DNA of 63,024 bases, counting the filler, from Nemertoderma westbladi (Eukaryota; Animalia; Xenacoelomorpha): assembly GCA_032718475.1 (NCBI GenBank). It is 4 parts of 4 records of this genome, joined end to end, with 100 filler letters (N's around TTAATTAATTAA, not from the genome) between each part and the next. Parts side by side here need not be neighbours in the genome. Positions count along the whole stretch, not along the records: positions 1 to 17,336 come from JAUCBJ010001858.1; positions 17,437 to 33,992 come from JAUCBJ010001558.1; 2 more parts are not named here. One strand, written 5' to 3'. Positions 12,801 to 23,450 of this stretch are shown here, one piece after another. The first letter of the stretch is position 1. Every line of letters starts with the position of its first letter. The notes under the pieces are model-generated. The model saw only the letters and a list, made by a program, of their open reading frames with translations. It did no database searches and was not told the origin of the DNA. A program made the translations under genes and the position numbers.

Positions 12801-15800
12801 GAAATTTCTTTTTAGTTATTTTATTTTTGCTGTTTCCCAAAAGCCATATAAATGTTTGTGTTAGATTACCTTCATATATTTGGAGTAGTTCACTATTTAA
12901 TTTATAGCTATGCCCTTTCCCAACCACACATAAAGAAGTAATATGAAATCTAGGGGACCATAAGTATGCCACACACGAATTGCTTGCCATTTCAAACTCC
13001 CCACACATCAGTTGCTTCTGGAAATGAATAGCCACCTGAACATTATCAGGCATTGAAAGTATTATCAAGCATTGTTCAAATTTTGTTAGTCCTTTTACAA
13101 TGTATTCCCAGTCATAGAGACTTGATGATGCATTAGGACTACTGCAATACCAACACCAAAATAGTGACCATTGTCGAATATGCATATTTGGTATGAATCC
13201 TTCCAGTTTGGCTATGTTGAGGATATCTGATTTATATAAATCATTAAAAACGACATTACGTGGAATTCCAAGATCAAGTGCATGAATCAGTTGTTCTGTA
13301 CTGAATTGATTGAATCGAATATATTTTGAAAACTTTACCAATTTCGGTATAACCTCATCATGGAAAAGTGACTGCAATTGACACCAAATAGCAACAAAGT
13401 TAAATATATAATAATCACTCAAAGTATTATCTCTGGTTGTCAACATATCCCATATAAATTCTTCTGAAATATCACCTAAGTATTCAGTGCCATTTTCTAT
13501 ACCTTCTTGTATGGTTTCATTTTGTATTTCATTTGTGAACTTTAATGCCTCATCTAGCATTAATTTCCATACAGGTACAAAGTTTTTTGATACTGTGGCT
13601 GAAACAGATTTCAGACTATGAGGAATTTCAACACACTCGCCCGTTTTGGCACCATCAATAGCTCTAGAAAACAACTGACCTAGCCTGATGCATTCACTAC
13701 ATCCCACACCTTTCATATCAGCCCATTTTCTATAGAGACTATCAATTAGACCAACAACACTTTGTGTTCTATTCTGCTTAGCAAAGTAATCTATTATCCT
13801 TTCAAATGTGATGTTCCCAGATGGTTTGGATATTGCATCAGGGTAGTCATATGGATCTATTGTATGAGGTGGTATAAGATCTGTATCCCAGCTTACAAAA
13901 TACATATCACCATCCAAATCTGAGCCTGCAATTTCATTCGAATGGGGTCGCTTTCCTGATACAGGAAACACAATGCAATCTACTAAATCATTCTCCATTT
14001 CATAAAAAGATTCATTTTGTGAGTAATCTGTTGAATCTACTGCTCTCAAGACCCGTATGTCACCACGCAAGTAGCATGGGTTCTTACCAACCACAACTTT
14101 GCTTCTGATTGTCACAGGTTTTCCTTTGATGGTTGGACGAAAAAAACATTGACCATATTCCAGAATTCCATATGGGTCACATATTCCATACACATTTCTA
14201 GATTCTTCTATCAACATCCTCAATCTCTTAACTTCACTTGATTTATTATCCCTCCCTTGTATAAGTTTACTTCTTATTTGCTTCAGTTGTCTCTTCAAAT
14301 ATTCAGGCTTATACTGATGAGCATTCATAACTTGAAGTGCCCAATCAAATTTATTTTGCCATAATAGTAATGTAACTGCAGCTTCATTGTCCGTAAACAT
14401 GGCTTTCACTAATGCAAAATATTTCTGTTGTTTTTCTAAAAATATTTCATCAGGTACTCCACATGCGGATAGCAATGATATAAACTGCCAATTCAGATGA
14501 CCATAGGTGTAAGGTTTCGAAAATCCAGCCAAACCCAATATTACTCCTGCAGTTACTTCCTCAGGGACATGAAACTTTTGCATTGATGGTCTTACTACCA
14601 TGCCATCTTGCTCTACTAGTTTGCTATTAAGAGAAACAACTCCTTTGCATCCTTGATATCTGATCTGATATACTGAAGGTAAATAACCATTTAGGAATTG
14701 AATTTCATCAGCGCCATCTGCAGCTTTAAATATATTATTTGCTAAATGTGTCCCTATCAACCCACACCCATCCGTAAAGTTGAATTTTTTGTCGGGTGTT
14801 TCTATGTCATTTTCTGCTTTTACATTATTTGGATTTATAGGGACAGTCATAATAACAGCTGAAAAAAGTAATCCAATACGTGCTATACGCTTAGATACTG
14901 TTTTTATGTTGTTGAAATTCCCAAAAGATTGCAGGACTTCTTCTATTTCTGTAAATGAACCCTGGAACATATAACATTTCCTTGCTTTTAATCCACTACT
15001 ACTACATCCTATAAAGTTGTAACCCTTACCCATTATAATAATTCCATTAATAAGCAATTTATATACAAGGTTCGGTTTTATCTTTGAAGAAAATGCTAAT
15101 AATATCAGCGGAGTTGTCCCAAGAACTTGTATCATTCTATTTGTCTGTGGAAATGGAATGGTAGTCCAGTTTTGATCAATTTCATCATCATGAAATGCAA
15201 TTGTCCTTATTGTAGTATCTGTAGTTTTCTCTTTATGTTTTAACTTCCAATAGGGTAAATGAATCCTACTTGGTGTGATGGTATCATATTCTAAATGGAA
15301 CTTAAGGGAACATTCACCACATAAAGCATTTCGCAGCCATTTTAGCCTTTCATCAATACTACCCTCAGCGAGGGAAAAATATGGAATACCAAGGCCTTGA
15401 AATAATTTTTCAAACAAATGTGTAAATTTCATAACCTCTTCAAAGGAATCATGAACAAGTCGGACATCATCAGCTGGGCCTGTATCTGAAAACCATGGGT
15501 AAACAATAACAACAAGACATTTCCTATAGTGTTCAATACACTTCTTTGTATAGTCAGTTGTTTGGAGAGTCAACTTTTGTTCATATGAGCAGTAATATTC
15601 GGTATATATCAACGGATCAATTCCTCGATCAGATATGAAAGTATCTGGGATGGGTTTGTCACGAAAGTACTTTTCTTGGAATGAACATTGTTGTTTCATA
15701 ATCCTGTGTTGTAATTCTATAAAGTATTTGCAATCAGTTTTGACTGATTTTCTCAGATCTTCACTTGATATACGATCCTTTATCATGATATTCCGAGCTA

Positions 15801-15900
15801 TTTCTGATATAAGTGGTACTTGTAACTGATCTTTAAGTTTCGTGGCTAACGTAGTTTTTCCAGTCCCTCCAGCACCCATTAGAATAATAGGTGGTTTCAT
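9895..15900 (-). CDS. 2001-aa fusion: P-loop kinase (AAA_28/NadR-like) + cellular RNAi-type RNA-dependent RNA polymerase + UPF1-like SF1 RNA helicase
   Basis: Kinase: GAGGTGKTT and ISDRG. RdRP: FTDGCGLI, YQIRYQGCKGV, RPSMQKF, KNPCYLRGDIR, and AGSDLDGDMYFVSWD (DLDGD at 13906-13920). Helicase: HGPPGTGKT (11248-11271), AETNLAIDN, IIDEAT, IGDPDQL, QHRMHP, SPYIGQ, IDGFQGRE, NVLLTRAR. Single uninterrupted ORF. Confidence 0.95.
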   Translation of the reverse strand: MKPPIILMGAGGTGKTTLATKLKDQLQVPLISEIARNIMIKDRISSEDLRKSVKTDCKYFIELQHRIMKQQCSFQEKYFRDKPIPDTFISDRGIDPLIYTEYYCSYEQKLTLQTTDYTKKCIEHYRKCLVVIVYPWFSDTGPADDVRLVHDSFEEVMKFTHLFEKLFQGLGIPYFSLAEGSIDERLKWLRNALCGECSLKFHLEYDTITPSRIHLPYWKLKHKEKTTDTTIRTIAFHDDEIDQNWTTIPFPQTNRMIQVLGTTPLILLAFSSKIKPNLVYKLLINGIIIMGKGYNFIGCSSSGLKARKCYMFQGSFTEIEEVLQSFGNFNNIKTVSKRIARIGLLFSAVIMTVPINPNNVKAENDIETPDKKFNFTDGCGLIGTHLANNIFKAADGADEIQFLNGYLPSVYQIRYQGCKGVVSLNSKLVEQDGMVVRPSMQKFHVPEEVTAGVILGLAGFSKPYTYGHLNWQFISLLSACGVPDEIFLEKQQKYFALVKAMFTDNEAAVTLLLWQNKFDWALQVMNAHQYKPEYLKRQLKQIRSKLIQGRDNKSSEVKRLRMLIEESRNVYGICDPYGILEYGQCFFRPTIKGKPVTIRSKVVVGKNPCYLRGDIRVLRAVDSTDYSQNESFYEMENDLVDCIVFPVSGKRPHSNEIAGSDLDGDMYFVSWDTDLIPPHTIDPYDYPDAISKPSGNITFERIIDYFAKQNRTQSVVGLIDSLYRKWADMKGVGCSECIRLGQLFSRAIDGAKTGECVEIPHSLKSVSATVSKNFVPVWKLMLDEALKFTNEIQNETIQEGIENGTEYLGDISEEFIWDMLTTRDNTLSDYYIFNFVAIWCQLQSLFHDEVIPKLVKFSKYIRFNQFSTEQLIHALDLGIPRNVVFNDLYKSDILNIAKLEGFIPNMHIRQWSLFWCWYCSSPNASSSLYDWEYIVKGLTKFEQCLIILSMPDNVQVAIHFQKQLMCGEFEMASNSCVAYLWSPRFHITSLCVVGKGHSYKLNSELLQIYEGNLTQTFIWLLGNSKNKITKKKFPKAINVQEDDDDLQISGKLSISLIRFNKNIHTEKQHPILNKQNYDAVEIFVSTIPPAAAYFDSYVDNSVLTHDCDNGDVKFEEDSEDDVSDDEEDFLIKSKLDITDHIGEDSQIHESHLEILACNCHVVSFRQALWKMLSLDVNMSHITVLCIFELLQNICSNIGHLPRAIFQISVEISDICDILIELVCNKPMLGDIVLVVTYMSRLGFHDKVELFLSKLHCSPQTVLWKEDDVCQELAHWKTWAMCTNRNSLMLVKCLYRTLSNTTDQTSHIDLISAMTKTQCSINILLMQSIYFVLEVNELQERMYLKESKETDSPNTITNLLLCKDESPEPTTQTRIEFYCSSGTSPLGNFTLGQSVLITRKLDIQEILCTKNWVSHSTIGRILKVCIAPLIITVELDSPETFAITNCLKKGKKWLWRLDIIGNTIAYERIKNACILLADSKGSSDVCNVLPIFEIRQTSSNDAECTNTGMENVREHHKDINKLNLNAAQSAAMAAALRDRLTLIHGPPGTGKTYVACEIIRQRILTTTNNNKKILVVAETNLAIDNIVRRLLQMKIMVVRIGNRAQIANDVYSHSLEYLLEQECTRKGKDAQQRDQYGKMHRNTRIAKTIIKSAEVVCSTCIGIGESIVEKSSVIFSFVIIDEATLVTEPLLMPALVHGCEQVVLIGDPDQLSPLIMTSSVTKIIEDEMPELPNVSQLSSSLFHKLHNFNYNVYFLNEQHRMHPALAEFPSNTFYNGMLTSAITEEERPTPGFPFPKSNLPMCFVNVEDGYERHSGMSFRNDIEIDIVIDVIEVLLNENKDLLLSYISVLSPYIGQVRAIRSRLDGNGWQGISVNSIDGFQGRENEIIIFSTVRANRYGNLGFTDDKLRVNVLLTRARRAIIGIGNTSTLMASTIWSSWFEKCPTMEVDNVRRQLEGVPKGPKQSRVHSHGNRRRPEGSGRGQSERQRPKNPTFMDYACQQKK

Positions 15901-16461
15901 TGTGTTAATAATAGGTCAGACTCAGTTCATCCTTATTCATAATTTTTGCTTATCGTTATAACACCTGCACATGATTGCAGTTGGTCAATTATATTTGTTT
16001 ATGGATTATTATGATAGATCCCAGATGGCAATAAACTTATGTATGACAACAAAACATAAAAGAATAGTATTGTGAACTACACTACCCCATATATTTGGGT
16101 GCATGTAAAGAGCGGACTGCGGACTACGGACTGCGGATTGTCAATTAAAAGCCCAAATATGCGCGGTCAATTTGAATTTATAGCATTATAATGTAAGCAT
16201 CCGCTCTTTGTTGTCTGGACAAACGGCGGAATGAAGCCAGAAAATTGTAACCTGATTGGCTCAATCATTTACATAGGCCCAAAGGGAACTTTCCTGAATC
16301 CTCTTATTGGCTTAAATGTTTTCATTGTGACACATAGAGATGGAAACACAAACCATATTCCAACATTACTACAGTTGTACAGTATAATTAATTATACTGT
16401 AAGTAATTAAGTAGGCCTACCGGTGCGGTATCAATTAAGCTATGCCGTCAGCAGGGATCTA

Positions 16462-16862
16462 GGACACTTCCCCCCGGACACTTCCCCGCCCAAGTAGGAC
16501 ACTTCCCCCCCCGGACACTTGCCCCCCGGACACTCCCCCCCCACCAATTAAAGTGTTAAAATTAATCTGGGTACATCAAAGCAATAAACAAAAGTTAAAG
16601 ATGGTTACAGGACAAGTTTGTATCTAGACAAGTTTTTTCAAAATTATAAAAGAAACATTTTTATAGTCAAATTTTAGTTTGTTTTTCTTTTAATTGGGGG
16701 CTGCCGCCCCCAAACCCCCGCTTCTTTTGTTGGGGCTGCCGCCCCCAAACCCCCGCTTCTTTTCTTGGGGGCTGCCGCCCCCAAACCCCTGCTTCTTTTC
16801 TTGGGGGCTGCCGCCCCCAAACCCCCGCTTATTTTCTTGGGGGTTATCGCCCCCAGACCCCG
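16462..16862. repeat. GC-rich short tandem repeats
   Basis: GGACACTTCCCC x5 at 16462-16540, and a ~33-bp unit GGGGGCTGCCGCCCCCAAACCCCCGCTTCTTTT x5 at 16695-16862. Probably transposon subterminal repeats. Confidence 0.8.
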
Positions 16863-17336
16863 GAATTTCCCTGTGTGCCCGTGGTGAAAGACTTTGAGAC
16901 CGTTTTGAAATAATCATTTCATGTTTGTATCATCAGATAATAAATTGACTAAGCCTAAAGTAGGAGCTGTATTGAATGTTAACCAAATTAATATATAAAT
17001 TACTACAATATTATATAATTCAACAGAATTCTATTAAAAATATTGCAAGTAACCAGGAAATTTAATATGTAGTGTGTATAATATCTATATATATATACTG
17101 TAGTATGTATAGTAATATGTATGTATATCAATATGTAATGCTGAACACAGAATACAGGTCGATGCATGTCGATTTTACCCTGGAGAGGTCTAATTTTGAT
17201 TGCAACAATAATATTCATCCCCATCTGCTACAATTTGAAAAAGACTACATAATAATACCTATAATTAAAACAATTAATTATTATAATTCTATAGTTAATA
17301 AAAACAGTATATCATTCGGGGGATGGAATTTATAGG

Positions 17337-17436
17337 NNNNNNNNNNNNNNNNNNNNNNNNNNNNNNNNNNNNNNNNNNNNTTAATTAATTAANNNNNNNN
17401 NNNNNNNNNNNNNNNNNNNNNNNNNNNNNNNNNNNN
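17337..17436. other. Artificial contig linker
   Basis: N44-TTAATTAATTAA-N44, giving stops in all six frames. Confidence 0.98.
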
Positions 17437-17535
17437 TCAATGTCACTTCTTTCTATCATACATGGCGCTGCGAGTATTAAAGAACCAGTGAGATAACCCA
17501 TCTACTTATACACTGTAGGTCACTTAACCATTAAA

Positions 17536-20500
17536 ATGGGAGATAAAACCTAATTGTCAACAGACCAATTACAGGCCATCATTAACGCTGCTGTCTCTGC
17601 AGCCGTTTCTCAGATGGCAAATGTACCGTCAAATTCAGCTCAGAATGAAACAATACGGGGACTACAGATCCCTATTCTTGATTTGGGCATCGATAAATCT
17701 CCAAAAAGTTTTTCTGACTGGAAACTGACTTGGGAAGACTATGCCAATCTCTCCGGTTTGACCACTTTCCCAGAATCAAAACAAATGCGCGTCCTTCGAC
17801 TGGCTCTATCCGCTGAAACCAGGGATATTCTAAACGCATTTGATTTACCTGAAACCAGCACAGTTCCAAATGCCATTGCTCGTTTGGAGACTTATGTAAA
17901 TGGTGCAGTCAATATAACAATGGAACGACGAACATTTCGCCTAAGACACCAGGAGGAGGGCGAATCCATAGAGGACTGCTATCTTGCTCTGAGAAACCTA
18001 GCTCGTTCATGCAAATTCAATGACCCGGAAATCGATCAGTATAACCAAGCACTAAAAGACCAACTAGTTGAAGCTCTCACTAATGAAGAGGACAAACAAA
18101 AGGTCTTGAAATTACGGGATGCCCCTTTGAATACCATAATTGATGAGTTAAGAGCTGAAGAATCTGCATCAGCCAGTGCTGCTGCTATTGTTAAAAAGGA
18201 ACCCGCCGTCAATGCTGCTAAGTCTTCCACCTACAAAGGAAACAAATGGAAAAATAAGGCAACTCAAAATGATGATACAACATCACACAATCAACAGAGT
18301 AAAAGGTTGTGTAAATGGTGTGGTGGAACCTGTTCATCAAAGGATGTTTGTCGTGCTAAAGATAAGATATGTGGCTTCTGCGACATAAAGGGCCATCTAT
18401 CATCTGTCTGTAGAAAAAAGAAATACTCAGGATCTCCAGAAACCCACGATATCTTGACTGTCACTATCATGCGATCAGAAGCATCTCAGAGCCCATCTGT
18501 CAAAAGCTCCCCTACAACTATCATTGGTGTACAACATCATGATTTTAAAACATCAATTCCCATGCTTCCTGACTCTGGAGCTGACCTATGTGCAGTAGGA
18601 CCAAAATTTATCAAACTTCTAGACATTGATATTGACAATCTCGCCCCTTCACCTTATATAACCACAGTCGCGGATGGTTCTAAAATGTACCCATTAGGCA
18701 AGGTGCGAAATGTCACACTAACAAAAAATAATCAGAAAGTGGAAACAGACATTCACGTTTTCCCACGCGTCTCAACTCCACTTCTGTCATGGACAGTAGC
18801 AAAGAAATTCAAGATAATTTCACCAACATTTCCAGAGCCATGGGTAACTGAAACCTGTTCAAAAAATAGTCCACCATTAAGCAATAAATCTCAAACAGCA
18901 TCAAATACAAACCAATCAAGAACTTATGCAGAAGTTGTTTGTCAACAACCTCTTACAAACACTTTTCAAACCAAAAACGCTGCCACTAATAAAGAGAATA
19001 CCAATAAAAGGGATGAGGACAAAATTAATATTTTAAAGGAGTTTAAAGATGTATTCTCCGATGAAATAAAAGTAATGCCAGGTGAACAATATCACATCGA
19101 CTTAAAACCAAACGCCAAGCCGTTTTCCATTAGTGCACCAAGGACAGTTCCATTAGCATATCGTGATAGACTCACAGCTGAATTAGAACTGCTCACATCT
19201 AAGGGAATAATAGAAAGAGTTAGTCATCCAACCGACTGGGTGGCTCCGATTGTTGTTGCTCCAAAAAAAGGCTCTGATAATATACGAATGTGTGTTGATC
19301 TCAGTCAACTAAATCGCCACGTACGCCGTGAACGTTATTGGACACATTCGCCAATGGAGGCTGTAGCAGGAATCCCAACCACTTCCCAGTGGTACACTGT
19401 GATTGACGCTGTTAAGGGCTATCACCAATGTCCACTTGATGATGAGTGAAAAGATCTTACAACTTTCCTCACACCGAATGGGAGATACCGCTTTCTCAGA
19501 GCACCATTTGGAGTTAGTTCAATCAGTGAACACTATAACCGAAGAATGGATGAAGCTTTGGAAGGAATTCAATTCGTGAGAAAAATTGTAGATGATGTAT
19601 TGATATTTGGAGCAACCTACGACGAATTAATTAGCCGAACACATGCTGTACTACAAAGATGCCGTGAACGGGGTATCACTCTTTGTCAGAAAAAGCTTCA
19701 ATTTGCTCAACAAGAAGTATGTTTTGCTGGCTATGTAATTTCAGGAGGCTCATACCACACAAATCCAGATATCACAACAGCAATAAAATCATACCCAACA
19801 CCGACAAACAGAACACACATTCGCTCTTTCTTTGGACTTGTAAATCAGGTCTCACCCAAGACATCTGCTATTGAACCTCTTCACCATTTACGTGAACTCC
19901 TCTCTACAAAGAAAGACTTCATATGGGATGCAACACATGACAAAGCTTTTGCACAAGCCAAAGAAATACTCTCAGAGGCAATATCATTAGGATTCTTCTC
20001 AGCAAACCATGACACCCAATTGATAACAGATGCCTCTAGAATAGGTCTTGGCTATATCCTCCAACAACGTCCTCAAGGAGAGACTGGTGAGTGGACAACT
20101 ATACAAGTTGGATCTCGTTTCCTAACAGACACTGAAACAAGATATGCAGTAATAGAACTTGAACTACTTGGCATTGCATGGGCTTGTAAGAAATTGGATA
20201 AATTTGTACAAGGATTAGATTTCACTATTCTTACAGATCATAAGCCTATTGTGCCAATCTTAAACAGTCACCGTTTAGACGAAATAGAGAACCCACGCCT
20301 CCAACGTCTTCGTCAACATCTTATGCCTTATGCTATTACAGCAACATGGATAAAGGGATCTACCAATATTGCAGCAGATGCACTATCACGAAATCCTGTC
20401 AATGGCGATAATGAAACAGTAGATATGGCCGATATTGAACCAATTGATGTGTCTACAAGGATATACGACTCAAATAAATCGCCTTCTATACATGAAATCA

Positions 20501-21275
20501 AACTATTTTCATCCGGCACAAGAGATGAGGATCTGCGAGTTGCTGAGCTGAGAAAATATGCCATTGAGGATGGTGAATACAACCACCTTCGTGAAATAAT
20601 CTCCAAAAGTGGTTTTCCAAATACTCCTTCTGAACTGCCAGAGAATATTAGGAAATATTGGAGTGTCCATTCCGATCTTACTGTTGAAGATGGTCTTATC
20701 CTACTAGGCTGTCGTCTACTAGTCCCAGCCGCTCTTCGTGCAACAGTCTTATCACGGCTCCATGAAGCACATCAAGGTATCACCCGTACAACAGAGAGAG
20801 CACAATTCAGGATCGCCTACCAGCTCACCGTTCTTCCTTCGACCCAAAGTGGATAAAACAACATCGTACAATTGATGAACGAACAACAAATACACAGGTG
20901 AAGGCTAAAGCATACTTCGACATACATACACGGCCCAATGACTCATTCAAAATAGGGGCAAATGTTTTAATATGGAATATGATAACCCGTCGGTGGAACT
21001 TATCTGGTAGCGTTATAGAGGTAATAAACCCACGTAAATACGTTGTTCGAACTACCAGCGGGCGTATTCTAACACGCAATAGAAAACATCTACATCGCCA
21101 ACAAATACTACCTGCTGCCATTCCGGTGAACGTCAAACCGCACGTAGATCACTCGGAAAACCCACAACCAATGAACACTATGGGAAAACCAATACATTCT
21201 ACAACATGTCCACCTCCGCGTAGAAGTTCTAGGCAAGTTCGAAGACCAATACGCTTAATAGAGGAGATGGAATAA
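17536..21275 (+). pseudogene. Disrupted gag-pol: gag, zinc knuckles, protease, RT, RNase H, integrase remnants
   Basis: CGFCDIKGHLSSVC knuckle, DSGA protease, IVDD RT, ITDAS RNase H, HEAHQG integrase start. In-frame TAA at 17551 and TGA at 19447. The integrase DDE core is missing after ~20806. Confidence 0.88.
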
Positions 21276-21339
21276 AAACTGTTTTCATTCTAAACCTGAA
21301 TCAATAACTGAACAATACACCGATTCAGGCTGGGGGAGG

Positions 21340-21538
21340 TGTAGGATAGTGATCACTATCAGTATCAACTGTATGTACATATAAATGTAAACCTATATAA
21401 GTAACAAGGGAGATTATTATTCTAGAACTGAGATGAAAGAACATAGCTACACTATACGAATATCTTGTATTCTAATATTTATATAATTAAAGTAATACAT
21501 GAAGATATACTCAATGTCACTTCTTTCATTATCATACA
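21340..21538 (+). repeat. 3' LTR (199 bp)
   Basis: Starts TGTAGG directly after the PPT and ends ATCATACA like the 5' LTR remnant. Confidence 0.85.
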
Positions 21539-22099
21539 ATGTCAACGTCTACGAGTCTGCATGTGTAGAACTATAGCAGCCAAGTCTGTCTTCAGGAAAT
21601 GTTTCACTTTCACATTTGCAACCTACAGTATTGCGACCAAGGACAAACTTGTCAGATATGTGCTAGAATATATCCTGTGTCTTTGTGGGGTCGGTAATCG
21701 CCACTAATCGGTATGCAGTTCTAGTTCCAGTTCTTCCCGCTAAAGGGCGAAATGTATGAAAGTGAAAACATTCTCCCATTTCCGTCATTTTTAATTAAAA
21801 TTAAAATTAATTTCAATCTTGGCATTGTTTGTACTATTGTATATACTAAAGCTTATCTTAATTTCGTTTTGTTATAAGCATAATCATAATATATAAATTT
21901 GTATCGCGCCCTTTACATAGTGGTCAAAGGCGCACGTTACACATAATCTTAAAATTAATAAAAACCAATCACTGTATGAACTGAATTAAAAGAGTTAAAA
22001 ACATAATTAAAAACACAACTGAAGACATGAGTTCACTTGAGAAACGTGAGATTATAATTCATGTTAAAAAAATTTAATTATAATCATTGGAATTCCATT

Positions 22100-22530
22100 T
22101 TGAATAAATGAGTCTTTAATAGTTTCTTAAATATTTCTATCGAGGGAGATCGGCGAATGTTGATGGGAAGTGAGTTCCAAATTGTTGGTGCAGCTACCGC
22201 GAAAGAACGTTTACCATAGCTTGCAAGATTGAATTTAGGAACGCTAAGAAGGGTCAGTTCAGCGGAACGTAGTTCACGTTAGGCCGATGATGTGAATACA
22301 TTTATAGGTCATTAGCGCAATCTTGAAATCGATCCGGCGTAGAATAGGTAGCCAATGCAATGTAGCTCTTTCAACACCGGTGTAATGTGGTCTCTTTTGC
22401 GTGTTCCTGTTAGCAGGCGTGCGGCAGAATTCTGGACATACTGCAACTTTTTAACTACCTTCCAAGGAAGACCATAATATAACGCGTTGTTGTAATCTAG
22501 TTTGCTAGAGATCAGTTCGTGGATTAAAAC
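22100..22530 (-). mobile_element. L2-group LINE 3' fragment
   Basis: Minus strand reads LRSAELTLLSVPKFNLASYGKRSFAVAAPTIWNSLPINIR..FKKLLKTHLF, with QNSAARLLTG upstream. Confidence 0.8.
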
Positions 22531-22790
22531 TTATTATCCGTTCAAGCTGCAACTTGGTAGATATACGTAATAGACCATCCCTAGGATGAGTCTTTGTGGG
22601 GACGCTAATCGTTAGTTCTCCAGTCTACCGCTAGTGGGCTGTCAATATACAGATGGACTGGAAAGTCTAACCGAATTTAATCCACCCTTTACCGTTAAAG
22701 TGCTTAAACTCCTATGCTACGGCCAATGGAAGCTAATGTATCATACTTATATTTAAAAAAGGAATATCACACTAGTATTATTAGGTAACT

Positions 22791-23084
22791 CACTAAGTCA
22801 CCCTTGTGAAGAATACCATAATTTCACTTTTCGGTCGACTTTTTATTGGAATTTTATATAAAGATTTGTCATTTTTTTTAATTTATCTTTATTAAGTGTT
22901 TTATAGCGCTTTATTTCTGTCTTATAACCTGTACATATACTAATTTGTTTATTGTTTTGGTTAGATTCAGCCCTTCTGTAACCTGTGTTTTTGGTGAAAA
23001 CCTAGTATTCTTCACATGGGGGTAACTGCAAAGTGAAAATAACAGCAGAAAGTCTGATATTCTTCACATGGGCCCACTAAGTCA
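22791..23084. mobile_element. Non-autonomous TIR element (MITE, possibly Merlin-like) with target-site duplication
   Basis: Ends CCCTTGTGAAGAATA and TATTCTTCACATGGGCC, flanked by direct repeat CACTAAGTCA (22791-22800 and 23075-23084). A related copy lies at ~5093-5331. Confidence 0.65.
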
Positions 23085-23378
23085 CATCTTGTGTAGTTGT
23101 TAAATCCGTTGCCTTCAATTCACATGTATCCGGGAGGTCGTGGGTCCTGGACTACTGGGGCGCTTTTCATCCTTAAACGGTAGCTCAATGAGTAAACCAG
23201 TTTGCCATGGGAGTATAGTTCCGGGTGGACCACACTGGAAATAAGTTATCAGACTTTGTGCGTAATAATACCTGGCACAACGGCCGAAGAAAACTTTACT
23301 TCACTATAATAGCAGTATTATATGATAGATAAATATATCAATTTTTGAATAAAGTGATAGCGATTGCGGGTTCCTGGT

Positions 23379-23450
23379 GGTTCTATGGTGTAATGGCTAG
23401 CACTCAGGACTCTGAATCCTGCAATCCGAGTTCGAATCTCGGTAGAACCT
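23379..23450 (+). tRNA. tRNA-Gln(CTG), eukaryotic type
   Basis: Acceptor stem GGTTCTA/TAGAACC, anticodon arm CAGGA-CTCTGAA-TCCTG, T arm CCGAG-TTCGAAT-CTCGG, no encoded CCA, T5 Pol III terminator at 23456-23460. Confidence 0.95.

Larger units (their letters stand above)
17437..21538 (+). mobile_element. Defective Ty3/Gypsy LTR retrotransposon (Mag-like)
   Basis: 5' LTR end 17437-17462 (..ATCATACA) matches the end of the 3' LTR. PBS TGGCGCTGCGAG at 17463 (tRNA-Ser-like). PPT GGGGGAGG at 21332-21339. 3' LTR 21340-21538 runs TG...CA. Confidence 0.9.

Noticed and set aside
9895-15900. RNA-virus replicase or endogenous RNA virus
   Set aside because: The catalytic motif is DxDGD of the double-barrel cellular RdRP, not a palm-domain GDD, and the helicase is UPF1-like.
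17381-17392. TTAATTAATTAA as a biological motif
   Set aside because: Identical in all three N-padded 100-bp gaps, so synthetic.
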